A stretch of DNA of 64,000 bases from an uncultured Candidatus Saccharibacteria bacterium. Lineage in GTDB: Bacteria; Patescibacteriota; Minisyncoccia; Ryanbacterales; HO2-45-13. The notes below the pieces were generated by a model that made no database searches, was not told the origin of the DNA, and worked only from the letters and a program-made list of their open reading frames with translations. A program made the translations under genes and the position numbers. Positions 25,584 to 34,715 of the stretch are shown one piece after another (positions within the stretch are counted from its first letter, which is position 1; every line of letters starts with the position of its first letter). The stretch is taken from the NCBI GenBank assembly GCA_964354975.1, contig CAYHBS010000001.1, positions 56,282-120,281 of the forward strand, written 5' to 3'.

Positions 25584-25979
25584 CTACTGAAACCGCACCT
25601 GAAAGTTGTACATTCCCATACTACAGAGACCCTTGAGCACGTATCCAGACTTTTGAGGAGGTAGTTCTATTTCAGCTGTTCCTGATGGTGGAAGATTTTT
25701 TCGATAATTGATCGAAGGAATCACGAGCGCGGACGAACAATCAAATGTACCTGATGTGCGCACGCGTATCGTCGTGGGCATTCCGGCGGCAGCAGTCGTC
25801 ATGCGAGGCGCGTATCCTCCCTTTGCGCCGATTTCAATAATTTGTTTTCCGTCCACCATCAACACATTCTGCCCATCGCGCGGAAGTGGTGTATTGGCGC
25901 TCGGCTGATTTCGGCTGAACATAATCGCCCCACCGATAATGAGTGCGGCAACAAGAATAGAAACTGTAGTTGAGTTCAT
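25584..25979 (-). CDS. Membrane-anchored exported protein in copper cluster, hypothetical (possibly cupredoxin-like)
   Basis: 131 aa; N-terminal TM; last gene of the csoR-copA operon. Confidence 0.5.
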   Translation of the reverse strand: MNSTTVSILVAALIIGGAIMFSRNQPSANTPLPRDGQNVLMVDGKQIIEIGAKGGYAPRMTTAAAGMPTTIRVRTSGTFDCSSALVIPSINYRKNLPPSGTAEIELPPQKSGYVLKGLCSMGMYNFQVRFQ

Positions 25980-25987
25980 GCGGAAAA

Positions 25988-27007
25988 TTACAACGTGTAG
26001 AGCGGAGGAATAATTCCTTGTGCCATCAGCGCGTTGAGTAAGTTAATGATACCAAAAAACAACACTATCATTCCCGCTGTTTTATAAAATACTCCCGTCT
26101 GCAGTTTTGAGTGCACTCCGAGTGAGCTAAAACTGATCAGTGCGAGCACCGGAAATGTGCCCGCGGCGAACGCGGTCATCAACAGCCCGCCCGCGAAAAA
26201 ATCACCAACACCGAGCGTGTAGAGTTGCATCGATTGTGTAAACCCGCAGGGGAGAAAAAAAGTAACAATACCCACAAGAAGTGGAGTGAGTATGTGGTTA
26301 ACGTTTTTAAGTGCGTGCATGTGGCTGGCAATCCATCTCGGGAGCGTCAGCTGGAGTGATTTCGCGCGGGGAAATATATCAAGCAAATTAATGCCTAGTA
26401 TCAGGAGCACAAGCGCCACGGCCATACTTAACAGAAACGTGCCGGTATTCCCAAGTTGGAGTCCTGCTCCAAACGCACCGATGGCTCCACCAAGTATAAA
26501 AAATGCCACAAATCTCCCGATGTGAAATAAGATTTGTGGACGGATCGCATCTCCTTCTTTTGCAAAATTTGCTGACATAGAAAGCACCACTCCCCCCACT
26601 ACCGCCATACACGTCGAGACTGAAGCAATCAGTCCGAGAATAAATGCGGTACTGTAACTCACTTCTGAAGCGGTTACGAGATTTACGATGCCAAGTTTTT
26701 GGAGAACGATAAAAAATAAAATGAACACGGTGGCAATGGGCAAGGCGTAGTGAAACTCATTCCATTTTGAGTTGTGCGTCTGTTGTGCAACCGAAAGTGT
26801 GTAGCCGTGTGGACGCAACGGCTCGCTCAAATCTCGAGCAATATGTTCCGCGCGTTTATCCCCAAAATCGCCCGTTACATGCACATTGAACTTTGCGAGC
26901 GAAGCACGCACGGTGCTCACTTCCGCAACATCCCGAAGCGTATGTTCAATTAATGCCACACACGAGTTGCAATGCATGCCCCCAACGTGAAAGGTGTAGC
27001 TCTGCAT
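25988..27007 (-). CDS. HMA (heavy-metal-associated) domain fused to a polytopic membrane domain with conserved Cys (CcdA/DsbD- or permease-like)
   Basis: 339 aa; N-terminal GMHCNSC metal-binding motif; about 7 TM with Cys in TM segments (STCMAV, FFLPCGF). Confidence 0.65.
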   Translation of the reverse strand: MQSYTFHVGGMHCNSCVALIEHTLRDVAEVSTVRASLAKFNVHVTGDFGDKRAEHIARDLSEPLRPHGYTLSVAQQTHNSKWNEFHYALPIATVFILFFIVLQKLGIVNLVTASEVSYSTAFILGLIASVSTCMAVVGGVVLSMSANFAKEGDAIRPQILFHIGRFVAFFILGGAIGAFGAGLQLGNTGTFLLSMAVALVLLILGINLLDIFPRAKSLQLTLPRWIASHMHALKNVNHILTPLLVGIVTFFLPCGFTQSMQLYTLGVGDFFAGGLLMTAFAAGTFPVLALISFSSLGVHSKLQTGVFYKTAGMIVLFFGIINLLNALMAQGIIPPLYTL

Positions 27008-27011
27008 ATTG

Positions 27012-29303
27012 CTAAATCTTTTTGGTCTTTAATCGAAGTGAATTTCCCACCACCGAGACGCTAGAAAACGCCATCGCAAGCCCTGCAAATACCGGATTGA
27101 GTAAAATTCCAAACGCCGGGTAGAGCACTCCTGCAGCAATGGGAATTCCCACAACGTTGTAAATAAACGCCCAAAACAGATTCTGCTTGATACCGCGCAT
27201 GGTCAATTTTGAAAGCCGAACGGACGCTACGAGTTTCGAAATATCCCCGTGGAGCAGTGTGATGCCGGCGGTCTCTATCGCAACGTCGGTTCCTGTGGCC
27301 ATAGCAATGCCGACGTCTGCGCGCGCAAGCGCCGGTGCGTCGTTGATACCGTCTCCCGCCATTGCAACAATATGGCCGTCACGTTGCAATTCCTGAATCT
27401 TACGTAACTTATCGTCTGGAAGTACTTCTGCAACTACTTCATCAATGCCCACCTCCCGAGCGATTGCCTCGGCGGTGCGCTTTTGATCCCCGGTGAGCAT
27501 CACGGTACGAATGCCCATGCGGTGTAGTGCACGTATTGCTTGAATGGCTTCCGGCTTGATCGCGTCAGCAACCATTGCAATCGCGAGTACTGCCTCGGCG
27601 GACGCGATAATAATTGGCGTATGTCCAAGCGAAGCACCGACATTGATGCGCTCTTGGTCAACGGAAAGTCCCCGCTCCGTCATCAGTGTAGTGTTTCCCG
27701 CAACATACTCTTTCCCATCAATGGTGCCACGCACCCCCTTCCCCTTTATCGCGGAAAAATTCGTCACGGTGCGCTCGGAAATACTCTTTGTTTTTGCATA
27801 CGTAAGCACCGCTGAAGCGAGCGGGTGCTCTGACTTTCGCTCTAGTGCATACGCGATTGAAATGACCTCATCATCCGAAAGTTTTGACATATTGGTAAAT
27901 TGGACAACCTCTGGTTTTCCTTTTGTGATTGTTCCGGTTTTATCCATCACGATCGTATCTACCTGATGCAACTTCTCGAGCGTTGCGGCGTCTTTAATCA
28001 GAATTCCGGACCGTGCGCCTTTCCCCACTCCCACAATAATTGCCGTCGGAGTCGCAAGTCCAAGTGCACAAGGACACGCAATCACGAGTATACCCACAAA
28101 CGACATCAGCCCATACGACAACGCTTTTGAAAAACCAAATGCGGGCGTTCCAAATAGCAGCCAAACTCCCAAGGTGACCACCGCAAGTGCAAGAACTACC
28201 GGCACAAAAATTCCGGATATTTTGTCAGCGAGCGCTTGAATAGGAGCCCGACTTCCTTGGGCGTCTTCCACCATTTTAATAATATGCGCCAGTAATGTTT
28301 CATTACCCACCTTTGTTGCGCGCATCGTTACTGCGCCCGTGGTATTCATGGTGCCTCCCACTACCGCATCCCCCGTTTTTTTACCTGCCGGCATGGGCTC
28401 TCCGGTGACCATAGATTCATCGATGTGCGTTTCGCCCTCGGTGATCACTCCATCAACCGGAATACGCGCGCCGGGTTTAATCACTAGCAGATCCCCATGC
28501 ACAACCTGCGTGATGGGAATTTCGACTTCGGTACCATTTTTGATGATCAGTGCAGTTTTTGCTTGTAAATTGAGTAATTTTTCAATCGCGTCTCCCGTTT
28601 TTATTTTTGCGCGCGCTTCTAAATACTTCCCGAGCGTGATAAATGCAATCACAACAATGGTGACGTCGTAATAGGTGCTCCCAACGTCTATGAAAGAACG
28701 GAGTGAATCTTCAAATGCGGTGACGATAAAGCTATAAAAAAATGCCACCGACGTTCCAATACCAATCAACGTGTCCATGTTCGCGCTTCCATATCGAAAA
28801 AAACGGTACACGCCGAGCAGATATGGCTTTCCCACGACGAACAACATATAGGTCGCCATAATGGGAAGCAGATGGTGAAAAAACTCTTCGAGCATCATCG
28901 ATGGCGCTCGCACCATAGAAAATTCCACAAGCATATCCCACGTCAAGATAAGAATACTCACAAGCGTGAGCGGGATTGAGGCGAGCACCTTGTTTTTCAT
29001 ATCCGCCACTTCGGCAAGTTTTTCCTGCTTCGATACGCCAAGCCCTGTGTGCGCCGCGTGCTCACTTGCGCTCATCCCCATTGACTCCGCTGACTGCTGC
29101 ACCAGCGAATATCCCAACGGAGAGATGAGTTCTGAAAGTGCGCCGGCATTCGTAGCGCTTGGGTCATACGCAATCTTTGCGGTTTCGGTACCGTAGTTGA
29201 CCTCCACCGCGTGCACTCCTTTATTTTTTTTCAGTGCTTTTTCAATGTTGATTGCGCAAGAGGCGCAGTGCATTCCTTTGACGGTAAATAATTCCGTGTT
29301 CAT
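27012..29303 (-). CDS. copA: Copper-translocating P1B-type ATPase
   Basis: 763 aa; N-terminal HMA GMHCASC, TM CPC motif (ACPCALGLATP), DKTGT phosphorylation site, GDGINDAP. Confidence 0.93.
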   Translation of the reverse strand: MNTELFTVKGMHCASCAINIEKALKKNKGVHAVEVNYGTETAKIAYDPSATNAGALSELISPLGYSLVQQSAESMGMSASEHAAHTGLGVSKQEKLAEVADMKNKVLASIPLTLVSILILTWDMLVEFSMVRAPSMMLEEFFHHLLPIMATYMLFVVGKPYLLGVYRFFRYGSANMDTLIGIGTSVAFFYSFIVTAFEDSLRSFIDVGSTYYDVTIVVIAFITLGKYLEARAKIKTGDAIEKLLNLQAKTALIIKNGTEVEIPITQVVHGDLLVIKPGARIPVDGVITEGETHIDESMVTGEPMPAGKKTGDAVVGGTMNTTGAVTMRATKVGNETLLAHIIKMVEDAQGSRAPIQALADKISGIFVPVVLALAVVTLGVWLLFGTPAFGFSKALSYGLMSFVGILVIACPCALGLATPTAIIVGVGKGARSGILIKDAATLEKLHQVDTIVMDKTGTITKGKPEVVQFTNMSKLSDDEVISIAYALERKSEHPLASAVLTYAKTKSISERTVTNFSAIKGKGVRGTIDGKEYVAGNTTLMTERGLSVDQERINVGASLGHTPIIIASAEAVLAIAMVADAIKPEAIQAIRALHRMGIRTVMLTGDQKRTAEAIAREVGIDEVVAEVLPDDKLRKIQELQRDGHIVAMAGDGINDAPALARADVGIAMATGTDVAIETAGITLLHGDISKLVASVRLSKLTMRGIKQNLFWAFIYNVVGIPIAAGVLYPAFGILLNPVFAGLAMAFSSVSVVGNSLRLKTKKI

Positions 29304-29315
29304 ATTGCGAGTATA

Positions 29316-29582
29316 TTATTTTCGTTTTAATTGATACACCTTCATCATTTCTTTCGTCGCTTTTTGCGTCTCGCCGGACGTGATCTGCTTGATAATACAA
29401 GTACCAAGATGTCCTTCAAGTAGTGCGTCTTCAACGCCCGAAAGCGCCTGCTTTACTGCAGAGGTTTGTGTAATTATATCAATACAGTATTTATCACTAC
29501 TCACCATTTCCTGGAGTGCGCGTACCTGTCCTTCAATAATTTTTAACCGCCGAAGTGCTCGTGTTTTATTTGTAGACTTCAT
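29316..29582 (-). CDS. csoR: CsoR/RcnR-family metal-sensing repressor
   Basis: 88 aa; DUF156-like helical bundle (RLKIIEGQVRALQEMV...C..H..C). Confidence 0.8.
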   Translation of the reverse strand: MKSTNKTRALRRLKIIEGQVRALQEMVSSDKYCIDIITQTSAVKQALSGVEDALLEGHLGTCIIKQITSGETQKATKEMMKVYQLKRK

Positions 29583-29593
29583 ATGATGCCATC

Positions 29594-29614
29594 ATATACC
29601 CCCTAGGGGTATAT
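29594..29614. promoter_or_regulatory. Candidate CsoR operator: 9-bp perfect inverted repeat ATATACCCC-cta-GGGGTATAT 12 nt upstream of csoR
   Basis: seen in sequence; matches the GC-core pseudo-palindrome TACCC-N-GGGTA typical of CsoR boxes (established knowledge). Confidence 0.65.
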
Positions 29615-29663
29615 GCAAGTGGATATCTCAAAATAGGAAACCCGCACATGCATGCGGGTGTAT

Positions 29664-29738
29664 TGGAGCCACCTCTCGGATTTGAACCGAGGACCCACGC
29701 TTTACAAAAGCGTTGCTCTACCACTGAGCTAAGGTGGC
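29664..29738 (-). tRNA. tRNA-Thr (anticodon UGU), CCA encoded
   Basis: GCCACCTTAGCTCAGTGGTAGAGCAACGCTTTTGTAAAGCGTGGGTCCTCGGTTCAAATCCGAGAGGTGGCTCCA. Confidence 0.85.
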
Positions 29739-29852
29739 AAATTTTTTCGAACGTCGGGATTCCGACTTCATTATTTATATACCAGATAGTGCGTCAGAGC
29801 AAAACAGTTGCGGCATTTACCCCACATCACGCGCAGCGTTGGTGGGGGGGGC

Positions 29853-29881
29853 CTGAGCTAAGGTAGCAAATTTTTCGAACG
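29853..29881. repeat. Direct repeat (29/30 nt, 1 mismatch + 1 indel) of the tRNA-Thr(UGU) 5' end plus 14 nt of its upstream region (first copy 29724-29753)
   Basis: ctgagctaaggtagcaaatttttcgaacg vs ctgagctaaggtggcaaattttttcgaacg; contains the stop codon and last codons of the adjacent homing-endonuclease-like gene. Confidence 0.8.
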
Positions 29882-30487
29882 ATATTCGTCAATCCAGTAG
29901 TTCAATCGATCCAGCAATAATACGTCCGAATACCGCACTGAAACTGTACCATACGCCGATAATCTTTTGTAGCTTCCGCGCGAAGTATTGTGAATTCGCG
30001 ATTTACTGAATTGTGTCAGTGGAATTTGCACCGTACGCGCCCAGAATTCTTTCAATTCTCTCTCTGATTGATGTGGGTAATAGTGCATCAAAATCCTCAA
30101 GCGAGTCTCATCAATTCCACAAATCTTCCTTAAGAAACGTACAAACAGTAATATGAGGTCCGGATCGCTATTTGAAAGCGCCACTGAGGTTCCCGACTTC
30201 GTGCCCTCACCCCAATACAACATAATCCCTGCAACGCTCAACAACGTCTCCTCCCGCGACATATTCACCTTTACCGAATGTGCCTTCTTGTGATGCTTTG
30301 TTCTATGTAACTCCCGTGCAGCAGCTGAAGTGTCTCTGCGTGAAATTTTTGAATCAATTAAAGTGGTGCGCACCCGATACGGCGTCATCTTTAAAGCTTC
30401 TGCAATCTGCTGGACTGACAACTTTTGCTCAGTGTATAGTCCTATAATTTTAGCTCGCTCGGTCCGCACCAGTTCTTCTCGCCTCAT
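29858..30487 (-). CDS. HTH + LAGLIDADG-like homing-endonuclease-like protein, paralog of 15218-15805
   Basis: 209 aa; HTH (LSVQQIAEALKMTPYRVRTTL); SVAGIMLYWGEGTKSGTSVALSNSDPDLILLFVRFL aligns with EGLGIGLYWGEGTKRNLSSVRLGNSDPKLIRYFLKFL of the other copy (about 35% identity overall). Confidence 0.6.
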   Translation of the reverse strand: MRREELVRTERAKIIGLYTEQKLSVQQIAEALKMTPYRVRTTLIDSKISRRDTSAAARELHRTKHHKKAHSVKVNMSREETLLSVAGIMLYWGEGTKSGTSVALSNSDPDLILLFVRFLRKICGIDETRLRILMHYYPHQSERELKEFWARTVQIPLTQFSKSRIHNTSRGSYKRLSAYGTVSVRYSDVLLLDRLNYWIDEYRSKNLLP

Positions 30488-30623
30488 ATCACTATGATAT
30501 CACGCGCTAACTGTTTTATACTAGTTAGTCTGTGTATATATTTTGGGTTGCGTAGTTAAAGAAACTGAAGCCGTGGTAAGTATAAAGCTACCTGTGTAAC
30601 AAGAATATTAAATATGTTTGAAT

Positions 30624-31061
30624 CTACTTGAGTGGATGATGCGACACGTCCTGATCTGTTTCAGGAAGCGCCGTTGCATTTGGATCCTCTGCGACTCCCT
30701 TCTCTTCCTTGCGCCAGTGTGAAATGGTGCGCCAATAGAGCGATTCTCTCGGTTGTGCCTGTGATTTACGAAATAATGCGCGACGAGCCTTCAGTGCACG
30801 CGTATTCACCTGTTGCGCACCGCGCTCAATGAGTACCATGAGCTTTGATACAATCGAAACAAAAAAAGGAAATATGTGCGTGGTGAACCACACCTCGATG
30901 CGATCCGCCCCCATTGTAATCAGCGCAAGCGTCGCGCGGCCATTCGCTTCGGGAACTGCAAGGGAGGTTTTTGGGCCGTGCTGTGTTTTTGGCATGTGCC
31001 GAAGTAACATAAACGCCATACCAAAAATGGAGATGGAAAATACTGTCGCGAGGTAGAGCAT
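30624..31061 (-). CDS. Hypothetical membrane protein (145 aa)
   Basis: ORF only; two hydrophobic segments; 1-nt overlap with the tsf start. Confidence 0.4.
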   Translation of the reverse strand: MLYLATVFSISIFGMAFMLLRHMPKTQHGPKTSLAVPEANGRATLALITMGADRIEVWFTTHIFPFFVSIVSKLMVLIERGAQQVNTRALKARRALFRKSQAQPRESLYWRTISHWRKEEKGVAEDPNATALPETDQDVSHHPLK

Positions 31062-31516
31062 TATGAAAGAGACATACGGGTAAAGCTGTCGATCTCCACA
31101 CGCTCGCCAAATTTTGATGTGAGTCCAGAAATGATCTCTTTGACCGTTTTGGTCGGATCGGTCATGATGGGTTCTGCAAGTAATACTTCTACGCTTTCCG
31201 TTCCCATAGCGGCAATGTGCATTGCAATCTGATGAATGGCTTGCTGAAACTCTGGATTATTCGCAACAAAATCAGTTTCCGTTTTTACTTTCATCATCAC
31301 GCCAACTTGCTTGTTGTGATGAATATATGCATCGATAACTCCCGCATTAATTTCGCGAGTCGCTTTTTTTTCTGAAATTTCTTCTCCCATGCGCCCGAGC
31401 ACTTCGAGTGCACGCGCTTCGTTACCATCCGCTTCCACAAGCGCTTTACGCACGAGCATCATTGACATCCCCGTTTTGTCACGGAGCGCTTTTACCTGAT
31501 CTGCAGAAATTTCCAT
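31061..31516 (-). CDS. tsf: Elongation factor Ts, short form (151 aa)
   Basis: N-terminal UBA-like ISADQVKALRDKTGMSMMLVRKALVEADGNEARALEVL; downstream of rpsB. Confidence 0.85.
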   Translation of the reverse strand: MEISADQVKALRDKTGMSMMLVRKALVEADGNEARALEVLGRMGEEISEKKATREINAGVIDAYIHHNKQVGVMMKVKTETDFVANNPEFQQAIHQIAMHIAAMGTESVEVLLAEPIMTDPTKTVKEIISGLTSKFGERVEIDSFTRMSLS

Positions 31517-31554
31517 ATAAAAATCAAAAAGAAATAATACAAAACACGGGGGTA

Positions 31555-32319
31555 TTATCCCACAGTGGGCGTAGCAACGGCAACTTGTGGTGCATCTACC
31601 GCAGGGGCTCGCGTGAGACCCACGAGATACGCATCCTTTAATCGCATGAGAATATGTTCAATACTCCGCTGGGCATTGTCGTTTGCAGGAATTGGAAACT
31701 TCACGCCCGATGGATCACAGTCCGAGTTCATAATACCGATGATTGGAACGCCGGTTTTGCGTGATTCCGAAAGTGCAGTGCTTTCTTCATTGACATCTAC
31801 AATCACTACTACATCTGGCATGCGTGCGAGTGATCGCACCGAACCAAATGATTGATTCATTTTTTCAATTTCTTCACCCTTGCGCATGCGCTCGTGTTTG
31901 CGATATTTTTCAAACTCCCCTCGATCTCGCTGTGCCTCAAGCGACTCGAGATATGCAATGCGTGTCTTGATAGTACGAAAATTCGTGAGTGTACCTCCAA
32001 GCCATCGTCGGCTCACATATGGATGTTTCAATTCGGTACCAATAGCAGTAATTGCCTGCTCCGCGGCTGGTTTTGTACCTACCCACATCACCACTTTTTT
32101 CCCCTCTCCGAGGAATTCAAGGTGTGCACATGCTGCGGTAATTTGTTCATCTACCTTATCAAGATGAAATATTTCAACGTTACTTTTTACGCCCGCAATA
32201 AATGGGCGCATTTTGGGGTGTCGGCGCGTTTTGCGATATGCGACATGTGCTCCTGCGTGAAAAAGCGCCTCTATTTCGGGCGTAATTTGCTCTTCTGGCT
32301 GTAGCGTCGTTTCTGACAT
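31555..32319 (-). CDS. rpsB: 30S ribosomal protein S2
   Basis: ORF 31555..32388 trimmed to [12 protein letters not shown]...; S2 body (HFGH-like [27 protein letters not shown]). Confidence 0.88.
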   Translation of the reverse strand: MSETTLQPEEQITPEIEALFHAGAHVAYRKTRRHPKMRPFIAGVKSNVEIFHLDKVDEQITAACAHLEFLGEGKKVVMWVGTKPAAEQAITAIGTELKHPYVSRRWLGGTLTNFRTIKTRIAYLESLEAQRDRGEFEKYRKHERMRKGEEIEKMNQSFGSVRSLARMPDVVVIVDVNEESTALSESRKTGVPIIGIMNSDCDPSGVKFPIPANDNAQRSIEHILMRLKDAYLVGLTRAPAVDAPQVAVATPTVG

Positions 32320-32405
32320 GCACACAGTGTATAGAAGGGGGTGAGATATTGCAAGACCTAGAGAGTCGTGGTATATTGAACCCCACACATATTGCTCTAT
32401 ATCTT

Positions 32406-32675
32406 ATGAAAAAAGATCTCCACCCAATATATTTTGAAAACGCAGTTATTCAATGCGCCTGCGGAAACATCGTTCACGCCGGAGCGACAAAGGAGAAGAT
32501 TGCCGTAGAAATTTGCAGTAAATGCCATCCATTCTACACAGGAAAAGAAAAGCTGGTAGACGCAGGGGGCCGTATTGTGAAATTCAAAGCACGCTTGGAG
32601 AAGCGAGGTGCGATAGGTGCAAAACCAAAGAAAATCAAAGCGCCGTCAGTAAAAAAATCTCGAAAGATTGCATGA
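32406..32675 (+). CDS. rpmE: 50S ribosomal protein L31
   Basis: ORF trimmed to [21 protein letters not shown]...[11 protein letters not shown] (Cys4 L31). Confidence 0.88.
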   Translation: MKKDLHPIYFENAVIQCACGNIVHAGATKEKIAVEICSKCHPFYTGKEKLVDAGGRIVKFKARLEKRGAIGAKPKKIKAPSVKKSRKIA

Positions 32676-33388
32676 GTGGTGTGGTGCTAGAAATTCGCGC
32701 AGGAGCGGGAGGCGATGAGGCCTCCCTCTTTGCTGCGCGCCTTCGTGATATGTACTCCAAATACGCTGAAAAACGTGGATGGCAAGTACGCCAGGTGAGT
32801 GAATCGCTCTCCGAGCTTGGCGGACTCAAAGAAGGTGTGTACGAAATCCACGGTGAAGGAAGTGACAAGGCACTGAAATATGAAAGCGGCGTACATCGCG
32901 TTCAACGCGTCCCTGCGACAGAAAAGACAGGACGTATTCATACCTCTACGGCAAGTGTGGCGGTACTCCCCCTCGTAGAGGCGTCCGTATTTGAGCTCAA
33001 TAAGTCTGATGTAGTGATAGAATTTTCCCGCGCGGGGGGGAAAGGAGGACAAAATGTCAATAAAGTAGAAACTGCGGTGCGTGTGGTACATACACCCACT
33101 GGCATTATGGTGCGATCCACTTCACAGCGTTCACAACTACAAAATAGGGAACGCGCAATGGAAATCCTCCGCGCCAAGCTCTATGACCTTCACGTACACG
33201 GGGAAGCGAGCGCGGTTGCGGAAGAGCGGAGATCACAGATTGGAAACCAAGATCGATCTGAAAAAATTCGCACGTACAACTTTTTGCAAGATCGTATCAC
33301 CGATCACCGCATCAAGAAGTCGTGGCATCATATGGACAAAATTCTTGCGGGAGACTTCGATAAAATCGCAAAAGCGTTTGAGAAATAA
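32672..33388 (+). CDS. prfA: Peptide chain release factor 1, N-terminally truncated (lacks domain 1), ATGA-overlapped with rpmE
   Basis: 238 aa from Met at 32672; RF1-type tripeptide region [16 protein letters not shown] and GGQ motif [18 protein letters not shown]; the longer ORF-track N-terminus would overlap rpmE out of frame. Confidence 0.8.
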   Translation: MSGVVLEIRAGAGGDEASLFAARLRDMYSKYAEKRGWQVRQVSESLSELGGLKEGVYEIHGEGSDKALKYESGVHRVQRVPATEKTGRIHTSTASVAVLPLVEASVFELNKSDVVIEFSRAGGKGGQNVNKVETAVRVVHTPTGIMVRSTSQRSQLQNRERAMEILRAKLYDLHVHGEASAVAEERRSQIGNQDRSEKIRTYNFLQDRITDHRIKKSWHHMDKILAGDFDKIAKAFEK

Positions 33389-33401
33389 ACGCCAAAATAA
33401 T

Positions 33402-34715
33402 TTATCGCACACTCGCAGTGATAATATTGATTTGTTCTTGATACACTGCAGCTTTTTCGAGCACTTGGCTTGCGTATCTCCGTCCCAGTGATCCATTCCA
33501 GTTTCCCCCCGCAAAATATCGTCCCGCCGCTTCGCGTTCACCAGTGACAGTACTTGCACCTAAATCTCCAAGATACACCGCGCTCGCCATAAATGCGTCC
33601 TCTGGATCCCACGGGTTTGGTGGGTTATGTCCGGTAAGCGCAGCAATTTTTCCCTTCATCAGTTGCCAAGTGGAAGGGATAAATTGTGCAGGCCCCATTG
33701 CGCCTCCCCATCCCACGCCTTGTGGACATGAAAGCGGCATTGCTTCTGGATCGAGTCCGAGTTCCGCGGTAATTTGCTTGTATGGCTCAATATCGCGCGA
33801 AGGCTTCATGATTGCTTGCCATCGGTATTGCGGGGGGTCGGTGGGAAGATTGCACTGCCCAATATTGCGCCCTAAATCAGTTTCCTGCGCAAGAATACCA
33901 AGAATAAATGCGACGCGCACTCCAGTACTCGCAGATGCACGCTCCGCAAAAAGCACCGCCTTTTCAAATGAAATCGCGGCAGACCCTTGAAGTTTAAACA
34001 GTTCTGCACGAATCGTTGTCGCGTCCCGCCTACGGGCGGTGACCACCTTTTGATACGTTGCCTCTACGCCTTTCGTATCCTTGAGCAACTTTTGTCGTTC
34101 CCGTTCTTTCGATTCCAGTCCTTGTCTTTCAATCGCAAGTAGCGCGCGCGCCTCAACTTGCTCTTCGCGCTCGCCTGCGTATTCATTTTTGAGCGTCACC
34201 TCCTCGTCTCGCGTGCTACGTAAATTGAAGAATTGTTTTTGGAGCGAGTCCTGCACCACATCAATCGCGTCCACGTCATTAAAATAGTCTGACAGTTTCG
34301 CATTTGAAAGCATCACCTCCACCATAGATGCATCGTCATACTCGTGGAGCTTTTTAATACTTTCCGCAAGTGATAACTTTTGCTCGTCGATGGTTGATGA
34401 AATATGCGTAATCGACTGTTCTTTTTCTTTAATCTGCGCGCTTAATTTAGAGATAATGAGTTCCAAGCTTTGCATCTCAAGCTTTGTTTTTTTTATCTGC
34501 GCGTCGAGTATCGAAATATCACGCTGGAGTGACGCGGCCTCGGAGCGTTTCCCATCTATCAATACTTGATACGTGCTGATTTCTTTTTCAATTGTGGCAA
34601 GATCCGCTTCGAGTTGTTTCCGGCGTTCAACGACCGCGTCAGAAAGTTCCTGTGCGCGCGCAACAGGAGAGAGCACGAGATAAAGGAAAGCGCCGATGAG
34701 TAAGGCGGTCCTCAT
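33402..34715 (-). CDS. Secreted coiled-coil protein with C-terminal lytic transglycosylase (SLT-like) domain
   Basis: 437 aa; signal peptide; about 250 aa of heptad repeats; the C-terminal GPAQFIPSTW motif is an SLT/MltB-type signature. Confidence 0.7.
   Translation of the reverse strand: MRTALLIGAFLYLVLSPVARAQELSDAVVERRKQLEADLATIEKEISTYQVLIDGKRSEAASLQRDISILDAQIKKTKLEMQSLELIISKLSAQIKEKEQSITHISSTIDEQKLSLAESIKKLHEYDDASMVEVMLSNAKLSDYFNDVDAIDVVQDSLQKQFFNLRSTRDEEVTLKNEYAGEREEQVEARALLAIERQGLESKERERQKLLKDTKGVEATYQKVVTARRRDATTIRAELFKLQGSAAISFEKAVLFAERASASTGVRVAFILGILAQETDLGRNIGQCNLPTDPPQYRWQAIMKPSRDIEPYKQITAELGLDPEAMPLSCPQGVGWGGAMGPAQFIPSTWQLMKGKIAALTGHNPPNPWDPEDAFMASAVYLGDLGASTVTGEREAAGRYFAGGNWNGSLGRRYASQVLEKAAVYQEQINIITASVR

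Noticed and set aside
32522-32671. ORF-track N-terminus of the release factor gene ([12 protein letters not shown]...)
   Set aside because: It lies entirely inside rpmE in another frame. The RF1 homology begins only at the Met at 32672, which forms an ATGA junction with the rpmE stop.
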